Program-made: the position numbers and the translations under genes
Part shown: in pieces, positions 8,754 to 17,504 of the stretch
Layout of the letters: each line of letters starts with the position of its first letter
Numbering within the stretch: position 1 is the first letter of the stretch
Notes under the pieces: generated by a model
The model's database searches: none
Told to the model about the DNA's origin: nothing
What the model saw: the letters and a program-made list of their open reading frames with translations, nothing else
NCBI GenBank assembly: GCA_016700415.1
Contig: CP065018.1
Span: 3,244,420-3,308,419, forward strand
Length of the DNA stretch: 64,000 bases
Source of the DNA: Flavobacteriales bacterium
GTDB lineage: Bacteria > Bacteroidota > Bacteroidia > Flavobacteriales_F > PHOS-HE28
Direction: 5' to 3'

Positions 8754-8972
8754 GTGGAAGGTTGCTCGCAATAAAGTAACGATGCCCCGAACCGCCATGG
8801 AACTAAGGAACAACGGAGAGCGACGGGGATGGACGGCTTGCACCGGCCTTCCCGGACCCTGCAGCTCTTCGCGTGTGCTGAAGGCCATGCGCACCCTGTT
8901 GTTCCTGCTCTTCCTCGCACCCGCGGCGGTTCAAGCCCAACCCGCCTTGCCGGACATCCGCATCACCGTGAT
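8754..8972 (+). repeat. Copy 1 of a ~219-bp direct repeat (promoter region plus signal-peptide coding start)
   Basis: Aligns colinearly with 9890-10107 (gtggaaggttgc...gaccctgcagctcttcgcgtgt...catgcgcaccctgttgttcctgctc...gccggacatccgc). Confidence 0.85.
8887..8972 (+). pseudogene. Truncated 5' fragment of the 10022-10513 secreted protein gene
   Basis: Encodes MRTLLFLLFLAPAAVQAQPALPDIRITV, nearly identical to the start of 10022. Homology then stops and the frame runs antisense into the USP gene. Confidence 0.75.
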
Positions 8973-9016
8973 GGCGCACCTTCACCAGCACCTCGCAGCC
9001 AGTGCCCATACCCCGG

Positions 9017-9820
9017 TCATCCTTGGCGCAGCACCAGCAAGGGGAGCTTGGTGTGCAAGGCCATGCGCTTGGCGGTGCTGCTATGGAACAGCCCGTCCAG
9101 AAAGCCACGCTTGCGGTGTATCATGGCCACCAGTTGGATGCGGCCGCCCGATGCCATGTCGTTCACAGTATCCACTACACTGGCGCCATGTACGGTGATG
9201 TAACGGTGTTTGATGCCCTTCAGCGCCGCGTCGATGGCGGTGTGGTCCATGCCCTTCGTGAAGCTCACCGCATTCGTGCGCACATGGGCCACCAACACCT
9301 CGGCACCGCAGCGATGCACCAGATCGATCAGGGGACGGAGCGTTTCCGCTTCAAAGGGTTCGCCGTCCATGGGAAGCAGGATATGCTTGATCGGTCCCGG
9401 CTCCCAATGCGCCGGCACGGTGATCACCGGCAGCCGGGCCCGTTTGATCACGGTGGACGAGTTCCGGCCGATCAGGAGGGTGCTGCTTTTGCCCTGTGCG
9501 CCCATCACGATCAGGTCCCCGCCCTTGCTCGCCGCAATGTCGTTGAGCGCTTCGGGCAACGCCACATATGTGGACACCTTCGCCACGTACACGCGGTCCG
9601 CCCGTTTCCGCAAGCGGCGCTCCGCCTGCCGCAAGCCGCTCCGCGAATCCCGCGCCGGCAACAACGTGAGGTCCGGCAGTAGGGTATCGGGATAGGTCTG
9701 CAGCGTGAAGCTGTTCACCAAGGTGTAGCGCACATCGTCCGTGCCATAGACGTCCATGGCGAAGTGGGCCGCCTTCTGAGCGGTGTCACTGAAGTCGGTG
9801 GGGAGAAGAATACGTGTCAT
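9017..9820 (-). CDS. Universal stress protein (tandem USP domains)
   Basis: MTRILLPTDFS, DLIVMGAQG...IGRNSSTVIK...PVITVP, second domain ending MALHTKLPLLVL. Confidence 0.9.
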   Translation of the reverse strand: MTRILLPTDFSDTAQKAAHFAMDVYGTDDVRYTLVNSFTLQTYPDTLLPDLTLLPARDSRSGLRQAERRLRKRADRVYVAKVSTYVALPEALNDIAASKGGDLIVMGAQGKSSTLLIGRNSSTVIKRARLPVITVPAHWEPGPIKHILLPMDGEPFEAETLRPLIDLVHRCGAEVLVAHVRTNAVSFTKGMDHTAIDAALKGIKHRYITVHGASVVDTVNDMASGGRIQLVAMIHRKRGFLDGLFHSSTAKRMALHTKLPLLVLRQG

Positions 9821-9889
9821 GATCGATCGGTTGGTGTCCTCTAAAGCTCGGAATTTTGCCGGAACCCGGTATGACGATCATCACCTGCC

Positions 9890-10107
9890 GTGGAAGGTTG
9901 CCCGCAAGAAATTAACGACGCGCCGATCCGCCATGGGACTACGGAGCAACGGAGGACGATGGCGGTGAAGGCTTGCATCGGCCTTCCCGAACCCTGCAGC
10001 TCTTCGCGTGTACTGAAGGCCATGCGCACCCTGTTGTTCCTGCTCTTTCTCGCACCCGCGATCGTTCAAGCCCAACCCGCCCTGCCGGACATCCGCTTCA
10101 CCGTGAT
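9890..10107 (+). repeat. Copy 2 of the ~219-bp direct repeat
   Basis: Matches 8754-8972. Confidence 0.85.
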
Positions 10108-10513
10108 CGATGAGCGCGGCCGTCCGCTGCTCCTGGATCCGCAACCCCGTTTCGCGTTCATCCTCACCGCCGACCATCCGTACATGGACGACCCGGCCGG
10201 CAAGCACGAGGGCTGGTCATTGAGCGGGGAGGTGATCCGCGATGGCTGGCGCAAGCGCACGGTGTACAACGTGCTGGAGTGTTGGTGTACGGACCGCAGG
10301 GTGACGCTGCAACACGAAGGTGCGGTGATGCGTTTGATCTTCCCGGACGACCACACGGACAAGCATCGCTTGGTGGAGCGTGGCGCGGGCAGCGGCGCCC
10401 CGGAGGTCATTCCGTTCCGCCCCGGCACGGTGTACTTCATGGACCTGTTGGACGGTCCCGTGGCGCTGAAGGTCAAGCGACGGATGGTGCGGCGAGCGGG
10501 GCTGCGGAAGTGA
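10022..10513 (+). CDS. Secreted hypothetical protein, paralog of the N-terminal half of 11286-12269
   Basis: Signal peptide MRTLLFLLFLAPAIVQA. Shares MRLIFP...PEVIPFRPG...LLDGP with LRIDLP...PEVLRFRKG...LVKGP. Confidence 0.7.
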   Translation: MRTLLFLLFLAPAIVQAQPALPDIRFTVIDERGRPLLLDPQPRFAFILTADHPYMDDPAGKHEGWSLSGEVIRDGWRKRTVYNVLECWCTDRRVTLQHEGAVMRLIFPDDHTDKHRLVERGAGSGAPEVIPFRPGTVYFMDLLDGPVALKVKRRMVRRAGLRK

Positions 10514-10608
10514 GCGCGGCCTCGCCATCCCGGCCACCGTTCCATCACCGGAACATCCGCATTCGGTATATCCGCCATGGCTTAACTTCATCCATTGGAC
10601 CAGCCACC

Positions 10609-11169
10609 ATGCAGCGCCGCCGTTTCATCCTCACCGCTTTGGCGGCCACCGTTTTCGTGACGCTGGCAAAAGCAACCGACCGCATCATCATGTCGATCAA
10701 AAAAGGCTTCAACACACGCGCAGGCGAGACCCGCAACGGCGAGCGCTTCACCATGAAGGGCGTCACAAGGAACACGCTGGACCTGAAGATCGGCAGCGCC
10801 GATACCGATGGCGGCATGGCCGTGTTCGAGCAGATCGGTGAAAGCCCCAACGGCGGCCCGCCGCTGCACGTCCATCCCGCGCAGGATGAATTCTTCCACG
10901 TGCTGGAGGGCGACTATCGTTTCCAAGTAGGGGAGGACGGCTTCCCCGCTTCCGCCGGTGATACGATCTTCCTGCCGCGCAATGTGCCACATGCCTTCAT
11001 CCAGCTCACCGAGCACGCGCGCATGCTGGTGTGCTACCAGCCCGCCGGCGACATGGAAGGCTTCTTCCGCGAGACCGCACAATGGACCACACCGCCGGAT
11101 AAGGAGGAGATCGCGCGGGTGTTCAGCGCGCACGGCATGGAGGTGGTGGGGCCGCCGCTGAAACCGTAG
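10609..11169 (+). CDS. Cupin-domain protein with Tat-like leader
   Basis: MQRRRFILTALAA leader. GPPLHVHPAQDEFFHVLEG and GDTIFLPRNVPHAF cupin motifs. Confidence 0.85.
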   Translation: MQRRRFILTALAATVFVTLAKATDRIIMSIKKGFNTRAGETRNGERFTMKGVTRNTLDLKIGSADTDGGMAVFEQIGESPNGGPPLHVHPAQDEFFHVLEGDYRFQVGEDGFPASAGDTIFLPRNVPHAFIQLTEHARMLVCYQPAGDMEGFFRETAQWTTPPDKEEIARVFSAHGMEVVGPPLKP

Positions 11170-11285
11170 GGGACCGTGAATTGCGGCGCGCCACGACCCA
11201 GCGGGCGCCGGGGGAGCCACGCCCATGGCGGCTCCCATGCACGCAGGGATCGAACCGTGTCGCATCTTCGGTGTACCGTGGCCCG

Positions 11286-12269
11286 ATGCGATCCCTCTTC
11301 CTTCTGCTGTTACTTGTTGCGGCCAAGTGTTCCGCACAACCCGATATGCTGCGGTTCACCTTCACGCTGGCGGAGGATGTTAAGAAGCCCCGCCCATTCA
11401 CCAGGGAACATCGGGTAGAGCAACACTACCGGGAGCGTGTGCCTTACGTGGGCGTGAACGGCACTTGGCTGAAGCCGGATGTGGTCCTCCCGTTGCAAGG
11501 CGGGCCACTGTTCACGGAACCGGCCGCGCATTGGCTCACCTACGCTCCGGTGGAAGACATGGCGGAATCGTTCGTGCTGGTGATCGCGGGGGTGGATACG
11601 CTGCGCATCGACCTGCCGGAGCACATGGATGTGCTGCGCGAACGCGCCTACGCGCGTTGGGACCGCGACACGCCGGAAGTCCTCCGTTTCCGCAAGGGGC
11701 GCCACGCACTGGAGGAACTGGTGAAAGGTCCCTGGTGTACGGAAGCCGCGGACCGGTTGGCACTGCGCATGATCGCCGCGGATGAAGCAGCCTACAGGAA
11801 GGAACTCGTGGAACTGGCGGCGTACTACCGCGCCCAACCTCCACCGGTGCCACCCACCAACAAGGAGCCGCCGCATACGCCAACTGCTGAAGAGATCGAA
11901 CGCGAGATCGCGCAACGGCCCGGCCTGCAGGAAGTGAAAGTGGACAGCGTTGTTGCGGGCAACGTGTGGGTGCGCATCAGCGGCCGGGTAATGCTCACCG
12001 GTGGTTGCGGTAGCGGGATGCCGCTCTATGGCGTGGAACTGCGCAACGATACCGGCTGGGTGGAGCGCATCCCCTTCGAGCTGGAACAAATGGATTGCGG
12101 CCTGCCGTGGGCGGACTGGACGGACCAGCGCTTCATGATCGCACTGCCGGTGTGGCTGCGTGCGAATACCCGCGAAGGAGAGGGCGAACTGAGATCAAGG
12201 AACTATCGCCTGGTGTTCATGGGGGCGAACAGGGAGCGGATGCCCACGGGGCCGTTCCGGGTGGACTGA
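11286..12269 (+). CDS. Secreted hypothetical protein
   Basis: Signal peptide MRSLFLLLLLVAAKCSAQ. Pro-rich linker and a C-terminal beta domain with a Cys pair. Confidence 0.7.
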   Translation: MRSLFLLLLLVAAKCSAQPDMLRFTFTLAEDVKKPRPFTREHRVEQHYRERVPYVGVNGTWLKPDVVLPLQGGPLFTEPAAHWLTYAPVEDMAESFVLVIAGVDTLRIDLPEHMDVLRERAYARWDRDTPEVLRFRKGRHALEELVKGPWCTEAADRLALRMIAADEAAYRKELVELAAYYRAQPPPVPPTNKEPPHTPTAEEIEREIAQRPGLQEVKVDSVVAGNVWVRISGRVMLTGGCGSGMPLYGVELRNDTGWVERIPFELEQMDCGLPWADWTDQRFMIALPVWLRANTREGEGELRSRNYRLVFMGANRERMPTGPFRVD

Positions 12270-12560
12270 CGGGTGCGGCGCTTGGCTCAGCGGCCTCTTG
12301 GCTGCTTTGGCGCATTTGGGGTTGTAGGCCTTTGGCGGCGCCTCGCCGGTATTGGTTTCAGGTGGCGGTATTCCGCCGAGCGTTATTCAGGCTGGCAGGC
12401 CGGTCGGCTGTTGGCTAGGCTGAACAGGCCAATGCGTGGCTTCGGGTTGTTGACAGGGAGCGTCGGGCGGCATTCATGATGGCCGGAGGCCGTATGGCGG
12501 TTGGCACGGGGCACCCCGGATGAAGCTCCGGGGTTGGGCCGAGCGCCGGGGTGGGGACAC

Positions 12561-13250
12561 CTATCCGTTCGGCACTGCCACCACCACCAAACTCTCCGGC
12601 TTATACCGCTTGCCTTCGTACTCCACTTCCGGCTCTTTTAGCACGGTGATGGCGGAAGGTGTAAAGCCGTTGGCGCGAAGGGTGGCTTCCAAATCGGCCT
12701 GTTCGTACATCGCGAAACCGTAAGGTGCGAAGGGCAGCTTTTCCATGGCGCTGCGCGTGCGGAGTACGGCGGTGAAGGTGCCGCCGGGTTTCAGCACGCG
12801 GCGCACTTCGCGGAGGTGTGCGGCGGGGTCGTCCCAGAAGTACACCACGTTGATGCAGAAGATGCGATCCAACTGCGCATCCGCGAAAGGCATCCGGTCG
12901 CTCGCACCGTGCGCGAGGGACAAGCTGCCGGATGCAATGAGCGCTTGGTTGTGCGCGGTGGCTTGTTCCACCATGTCCCGGCTGAAGTCCAGCCCGTGCA
13001 GTCGCAGGCCCTTGGCTTGGCGCGCCAGTTCGCCGAAGAACTGTCCGTTGCCGAATCCGATCTCCAGCACATGCTGTCCCTCGCGCAGGTCCAAGGCTTT
13101 CCACGCACCATCGTACATCGGCCGGTTCGCGGCATTCATGCGTTGGCCCAACTTGCGGGCCATGAAGCCCTGCGGCTTGCGCAGTTGCGCGGCCATCTGC
13201 TGCGGCGTAGGACCTCTGAAGAGCAGGCGCAGGAATTCGATCGGACCCAT
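12561..13250 (-). CDS. Class I SAM-dependent methyltransferase
   Basis: VLEIGFGNG, GLDFSRDM, MPFADAQLDRIF, LREVRRVLKPGG. Confidence 0.9.
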   Translation of the reverse strand: MGPIEFLRLLFRGPTPQQMAAQLRKPQGFMARKLGQRMNAANRPMYDGAWKALDLREGQHVLEIGFGNGQFFGELARQAKGLRLHGLDFSRDMVEQATAHNQALIASGSLSLAHGASDRMPFADAQLDRIFCINVVYFWDDPAAHLREVRRVLKPGGTFTAVLRTRSAMEKLPFAPYGFAMYEQADLEATLRANGFTPSAITVLKEPEVEYEGKRYKPESLVVVAVPNG

Positions 13251-13732
13251 GGTGCAAAGATGTGGGTTGGGTTTTGGCTGGATGGTTCAGGCCGATGAGA
13301 AGAAGGGGGGTGAGGTTGAGCTCACTGGGATCCTTTTGGATGGCCGGAGACCGATCGATGGTTGGCACTCGGGAAACAGGTGAGCGGCGGGGGCTTAGGC
13401 TTCTTGGGCCCCTCATCTCGCGCGAGTGACTTCGCTCGTGCGCATACCCTCTGCACTCACGCCTCATCGTATGCAAACCCCAAGTGCGGGTCGTCACAGC
13501 TCCACATATGCGCCAATACATCATGGACTAAACCTGCACACAGCTGGCAAAAGGCACGAGCGTGGTCCGATATGCATCGGACACTCGCGCCAGAAAGGGG
13601 TTGTGTGAAAAAGGGGCCCGGCCGTTGATCTTGTTTTGATTGACCGAAGACAAGCTCTTGCCCAGATAGAGACGCATTTCTTCCAAACTGATAGAGGCCA
13701 TGAGCGGTTCGTTAAAGAAATAATTTTGAGTG

Positions 13733-14671
13733 TCAGTTCCACTTTTCGGCAACATTCGCTTGGTGCCAAGCCAAGGCGTCGTTATGCAGCCTATACTGAG
13801 CTGACCGGGATTCGCGAATGGGTTTGCCAGCGAACTCATGCAGAAAAGCACAAGACTCAATTTTTAGTACCTGCTTCGGCACAAACACCTTGCGTTCAAC
13901 CGGCTGAATTCCAAAAAGGCCGAGGTCGAATGCCCAATGCAGGGTGGAGGTGAGGGCCAAGCCATTTCGGATATCATCGCTACCTCCGTGCTTCAACGGT
14001 ACCACATGCGCCGCTTCGACTTCTACCAGACCAGAAGGAGTTCGAAGACCAATGCCACTCACGGCGCAAAGGGTATCGTACTCGTAACGGACACTTGAGC
14101 GGAACGCAGTGCCTCGTGCTATCCGCGCTTGCGTGGTGGTGACGCGCTTGATCTCATCGATAGTGGTCTGGAAAGGCTTGAGCGCAATGGTCACCAACTG
14201 TAGACGCGCTTCATTGATCTGCTTCTGAACGACCGGTGGTTTATCGTGCCACACGAGTCCCCAGCGCCTATCTCCGACGAAGCCCAGCAGATCAGCATAT
14301 TCTGGTGTGCCTTGCTTCACGAGTGAGAACCGATACTCCTCCAAGGTGTCGATCCGCCGTTGCATGACGAGCACATCATTCTCCACAGCAAGTGCGCGGA
14401 GCAGCAGCATGCCATTCGTCAATCTGCTTTCAGGCGAGCGTGTGCCACCCCATGTCTGGAATTGATACCGAACGGACGATTCCGTGATCCACTGGGTTCC
14501 CACATAGAGGTCAACATCGAGCTGGCGATCCACCGTGGGAGACTCCTCTTCTGTATGCTCTTCAGCCAAGGCAGGAAGGAATTCCCGCAGGTCTTTTGGG
14601 AAGGCAAGTCCAGCTTGATGGCCTTTCGCCGCTCCGGAGTCGTTATGTGCAAGTCTCTTGAAGAATGGCAT
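13733..14671 (-). CDS. HNH endonuclease with N-terminal EcoRII-N/B3-like DNA-binding domain
   Basis: KRLAHNDSGAAKGHQAGLAFP resembles the EcoRII effector motif KRLSANDTGATGGHQ. C-terminal CAVSG...EAAHVVP...DDIRNGLAL...LHWAFD HNH. Confidence 0.8.
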   Translation of the reverse strand: MPFFKRLAHNDSGAAKGHQAGLAFPKDLREFLPALAEEHTEEESPTVDRQLDVDLYVGTQWITESSVRYQFQTWGGTRSPESRLTNGMLLLRALAVENDVLVMQRRIDTLEEYRFSLVKQGTPEYADLLGFVGDRRWGLVWHDKPPVVQKQINEARLQLVTIALKPFQTTIDEIKRVTTTQARIARGTAFRSSVRYEYDTLCAVSGIGLRTPSGLVEVEAAHVVPLKHGGSDDIRNGLALTSTLHWAFDLGLFGIQPVERKVFVPKQVLKIESCAFLHEFAGKPIRESRSAQYRLHNDALAWHQANVAEKWN

Positions 14672-14672
14672 C

Positions 14673-15446
14673 TCACAACTTCTGCGCGGCCGTCCTGTGG
14701 CGACTGAGCAATTCGGCGTCTGGCTCGAATCCTTTGGACAATATCAGAGGCTTCCCATCAAAGGCAGTGAGCCATTGTGCTTCGGCCAGATTCCCTATTA
14801 ATCCTTCGACAAGGCGAGGTGCTACTTGGACCATGCCGTTGTTAGTGACCCAGAGCAGACCACGATCGAAGGCCTTGTCGTGAAGAGCATTCAGGCAAAG
14901 GCCATTGCGGACGTTCAAACGGTTCGTTTTATCCTTTGCCCAAGGAACAATGTGACTGGCGACAAGAAGCTGGGGCACAGCCAAACCGGTGATGCAGCAC
15001 GTATTGTTGTATGCTGACAAAACACGGCGCCGGAAGAAGTCCTGATTCACACGTAGCTTCACAATTGCTTCGCGCTCCTTGCCTGCAGGTGGAAGGTCAT
15101 CGGTCATCACTCCGGCATATTCCAACAGGTCTTGGCCTGTGTACTTCGCCATCAGGCGTTGGCTCTCGAAGGCGAGGGCTTCCGGGTTATTCGCAAACTC
15201 ACTCCAAACTTCCTCTTCTCCCTTTGCACCATGATCCGCACCCTTGATGTTTCGCACGTGCAACGCTGGGTCAAGCCGAGCGAAATTGGCCAGCTTGTAG
15301 GAGACGGCTCCGACCGACCGACCGATCAGCTTCGCCAATGCCTGCAACTTCGGATTTCGCATGTGGATTGTTCCGAAAGGAATCTGGCTATATAAGTTGA
15401 ATGCGAGAATGTGTTGCTCGCGGTTCCAGTTATCATTCTTCGGCAT
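14673..15446 (-). CDS. HNH endonuclease with N-terminal helical (HTH/winged-helix-like) domain
   Basis: WNREQHILAFNLY...LAKLIGRSVGAVSYKLANF N-domain, then CCITG...ASHIVPW...RNGLCLNALHDKAFD HNH. Confidence 0.85.
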   Translation of the reverse strand: MPKNDNWNREQHILAFNLYSQIPFGTIHMRNPKLQALAKLIGRSVGAVSYKLANFARLDPALHVRNIKGADHGAKGEEEVWSEFANNPEALAFESQRLMAKYTGQDLLEYAGVMTDDLPPAGKEREAIVKLRVNQDFFRRRVLSAYNNTCCITGLAVPQLLVASHIVPWAKDKTNRLNVRNGLCLNALHDKAFDRGLLWVTNNGMVQVAPRLVEGLIGNLAEAQWLTAFDGKPLILSKGFEPDAELLSRHRTAAQKL

Positions 15447-15882
15447 GGGCGTTGTCTGTGGTTGAGAAGGTCATCGACCATTTGATTGTCGGCCCATAGA
15501 GCTGATCAACCGAGTCGCGATCTTTGAAAGCATTCAGGTCGAAGATCGGCGTTTGGATTAAGTGTGCCACATGCCACGCCCAGTAATCAACTAACCATCG
15601 TGAGGCTATGAGCGCGAAATCATGTCCATCCAACTGCGGTCCCCCAATTAATGCCGTTGTGTTGTCCATTGACCAGTATCCCTGAACCACCCCGTGAAAT
15701 CTATGCATCACCTGAAGAGCGGAACTCGTGCAAATCGCACACGCACTTCCATCGGCAAACTGCCACTCATCGCAGTCTGTGTTGTAATGCTCTTCCTCCC
15801 TAAGGTCTAGAACGAAGCGTAAGATGTCATCCTTCATCACGGCATGTTCTTCAATGGTCTGTCCAATGCAGGGATCAGCCAT
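15433..15882 (-). CDS. Hypothetical protein with possible transglutaminase/papain-like Cys-His-Asp triad
   Basis: AICTSSA...GHDFALI...WLVDYW. The stop overlaps the HNH start by 14 nt. Start (15882 or 15837) uncertain. Confidence 0.55.
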   Translation of the reverse strand: MADPCIGQTIEEHAVMKDDILRFVLDLREEEHYNTDCDEWQFADGSACAICTSSALQVMHRFHGVVQGYWSMDNTTALIGGPQLDGHDFALIASRWLVDYWAWHVAHLIQTPIFDLNAFKDRDSVDQLYGPTIKWSMTFSTTDNAHAEE

Positions 15883-16096
15883 TGCAATGCTTCGCGTTCG
15901 TTCTTCGGGGTGGGCTTCGTGGGTTCCATGGTTGACGATTTTAAGGGCAAACTGCCGCTTATAATGTAGCCAGATCAAAGTGCAGATCCAAATCCTGTTG
16001 AAAAGTTTAGTCCCATATTCTCTAATGCCCCAAAGCCCAACTCGCCTTCGCCCAAGCCTACCAAGCCGACCAGCCCAATGCCCCTGAGCCTACCGA

Positions 16097-16143
16097 CCGA
16101 CTCGGCCTTCGTAGCCGAAGCGGCTACTTCGGCGAAGGAGGCG
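16097..16143 (+). repeat. REP-like palindromic unit
   Basis: ccgactcggccttcgtagccgaagcggctacttcggcgaaggaggc, with a related copy at 20744-20780. Confidence 0.65.
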
Positions 16144-16237
16144 GCCGCCGGCCCCAAGGCCGAATACCTCGCCTACCACCGCAATGAGATATTCGCAAAG
16201 TGAGGAACACTTTGTCGTCCTCGCTCGTTCCGAGTCC

Positions 16238-16245
16238 TATATTTG
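16238..16245 (+). promoter_or_regulatory. Bacteroidota -7 promoter element
   Basis: TATATTTG 20 nt upstream of the ATG at 16266. Confidence 0.55.
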
Positions 16246-16265
16246 CAATTCATGAATCGTGAAAC

Positions 16266-16778
16266 ATGAAGAACTCGAATGGAATGCGCCCGCAGGATGT
16301 GGCGGTGCTGTTGAAGATCGTGCGCATGGGCAAGCAGCCTTGGCTGGCCAAGGATTTGGCAGCAGCGCTTCACCTGAGCCCGGCGGAAGTGAGCAATTCG
16401 CTCAGCCGTTCGGCCTTGGCCGGGCTGCTCGATAGTTCGAAGCGCGTTGTGTCGCGGGGCAACCTGCTCGACTTTCTTCGGCATGGCCTTCCTTACGTGT
16501 TCCCGCAATTGCCGGGCGGTCTGGTGCGGGGCGTTCCCACGGCGCATTCGGCCTCGCCGTTGAATGCTAAATTCCAGAGCGAGGAGGCTTACGTGTGGCC
16601 ATCGGGCAAGGGAACGATGAAGGGGCAGGCTATTGCGCCCTTGTATCCCGGCGCGGTGGACGCGGCGCTGGAGGACGAGGACCTGCATCAACTTCTCGCC
16701 CTTGTGGATGCCTTGCGCGTGGGACGCAGTCGCGAGCGCGCCGAGGCCGCCAAGGAATTGGCCAAGCGGATGAAGTGA
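16266..16778 (+). CDS. Winged-HTH protein, AbiEi-like antitoxin candidate
   Basis: MRPQDVAVLLKI...LAAALHLSPAEVSNSLSR HTH and FLRHGLPYVFP...RGVPTAHS. Stop overlaps the next ATG (TGATG). Confidence 0.7.
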   Translation: MKNSNGMRPQDVAVLLKIVRMGKQPWLAKDLAAALHLSPAEVSNSLSRSALAGLLDSSKRVVSRGNLLDFLRHGLPYVFPQLPGGLVRGVPTAHSASPLNAKFQSEEAYVWPSGKGTMKGQAIAPLYPGAVDAALEDEDLHQLLALVDALRVGRSRERAEAAKELAKRMK

Positions 16779-17470
16779 TGCGGGACGCAGTGAACATCCA
16801 AGCTGTGCAGCTAGTGGCCGATGGTCTGAAGGAACTGCGCGACCAAGTGGTCTTTGTCGGCGGTTCGGTGGTCAGTCTCTACGCGAACGATCCCGGTGCT
16901 GATGTTCCACGCCCCACCTCGGACATCGATCTGGTGGTGGTCGTTTCCAGTTATGCGGAATACGAAAAATTGGAGGTGCGATTGCAGGAACTGGGTTTCC
17001 AGCACTCTCCGGAGGACAAGATCCTGTGCCGCTATCGCTTTCATGGGGTGATGGTGGACATCATGCCCACGGATGTCCCGGCCATCGGCCCGACGAATCC
17101 GTGGTTCGTTCCCGGAATGGAGCATGCGGTGGACCATGGGCTTCCGGACGGCGGAACGATCAAGCTGTTGACCGCGCCCTATTATCTGGCCACCAAACTA
17201 GAGGCGTTCAAGGGACGTGGCGACGACATGCGTACGAGCAAGGACTTCGAGGACATCATTTTCGTGCTGGACGGTCGCATAGGGGTCTTGGAGGAACTGC
17301 AGGAGGCTCCGGTGGACGTGCGCGAATACTTGAAGGCGGCGTTCAAGGGGCTAATGAGGCGAAGGGGATTCACTGAAGCGGTTGTTGGTCATCTAGATCA
17401 ACGGGTGGCAGCGGAAAGGTCTGCGCTGGTCTATGAGGTGATCAGTCGCGTAGTGGCAAGCGGCGAATGA
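16778..17470 (+). CDS. Nucleotidyltransferase, AbiEii-like toxin candidate
   Basis: VVFVGGS...RPTSDIDLVV polymerase-beta motif, ATKLEAF, KDFEDI. Confidence 0.75.
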   Translation: MRDAVNIQAVQLVADGLKELRDQVVFVGGSVVSLYANDPGADVPRPTSDIDLVVVVSSYAEYEKLEVRLQELGFQHSPEDKILCRYRFHGVMVDIMPTDVPAIGPTNPWFVPGMEHAVDHGLPDGGTIKLLTAPYYLATKLEAFKGRGDDMRTSKDFEDIIFVLDGRIGVLEELQEAPVDVREYLKAAFKGLMRRRGFTEAVVGHLDQRVAAERSALVYEVISRVVASGE

Positions 17471-17504
17471 CCGTTCCGAAGTGAAGGCCGGTTGCGCATC
17501 CAAT

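Noticed and set aside
12561-13250. Methyltransferase as the cognate DNA MTase of the HNH nucleases
   Set aside because: It has class I small-molecule motifs (LEIGFGNG, LKPGG) and no DPPY/NPPY or PC motif, and it is separated by ~480 bp.
13528-13860. 110-aa minus-strand ORF downstream of the HNH gene
   Set aside because: It overlaps the HNH 3' end by 128 nt and has no recognisable motif. A shorter ORF cannot be excluded but is unsupported.
12280-16100. GGC/TTGG-rich tract at ~12290-12430 and CCAA/GCC-rich tract at ~16030-16100 as inverted island boundaries
   Set aside because: The similarity is compositional only; I could not align a convincing terminal repeat or target duplication.
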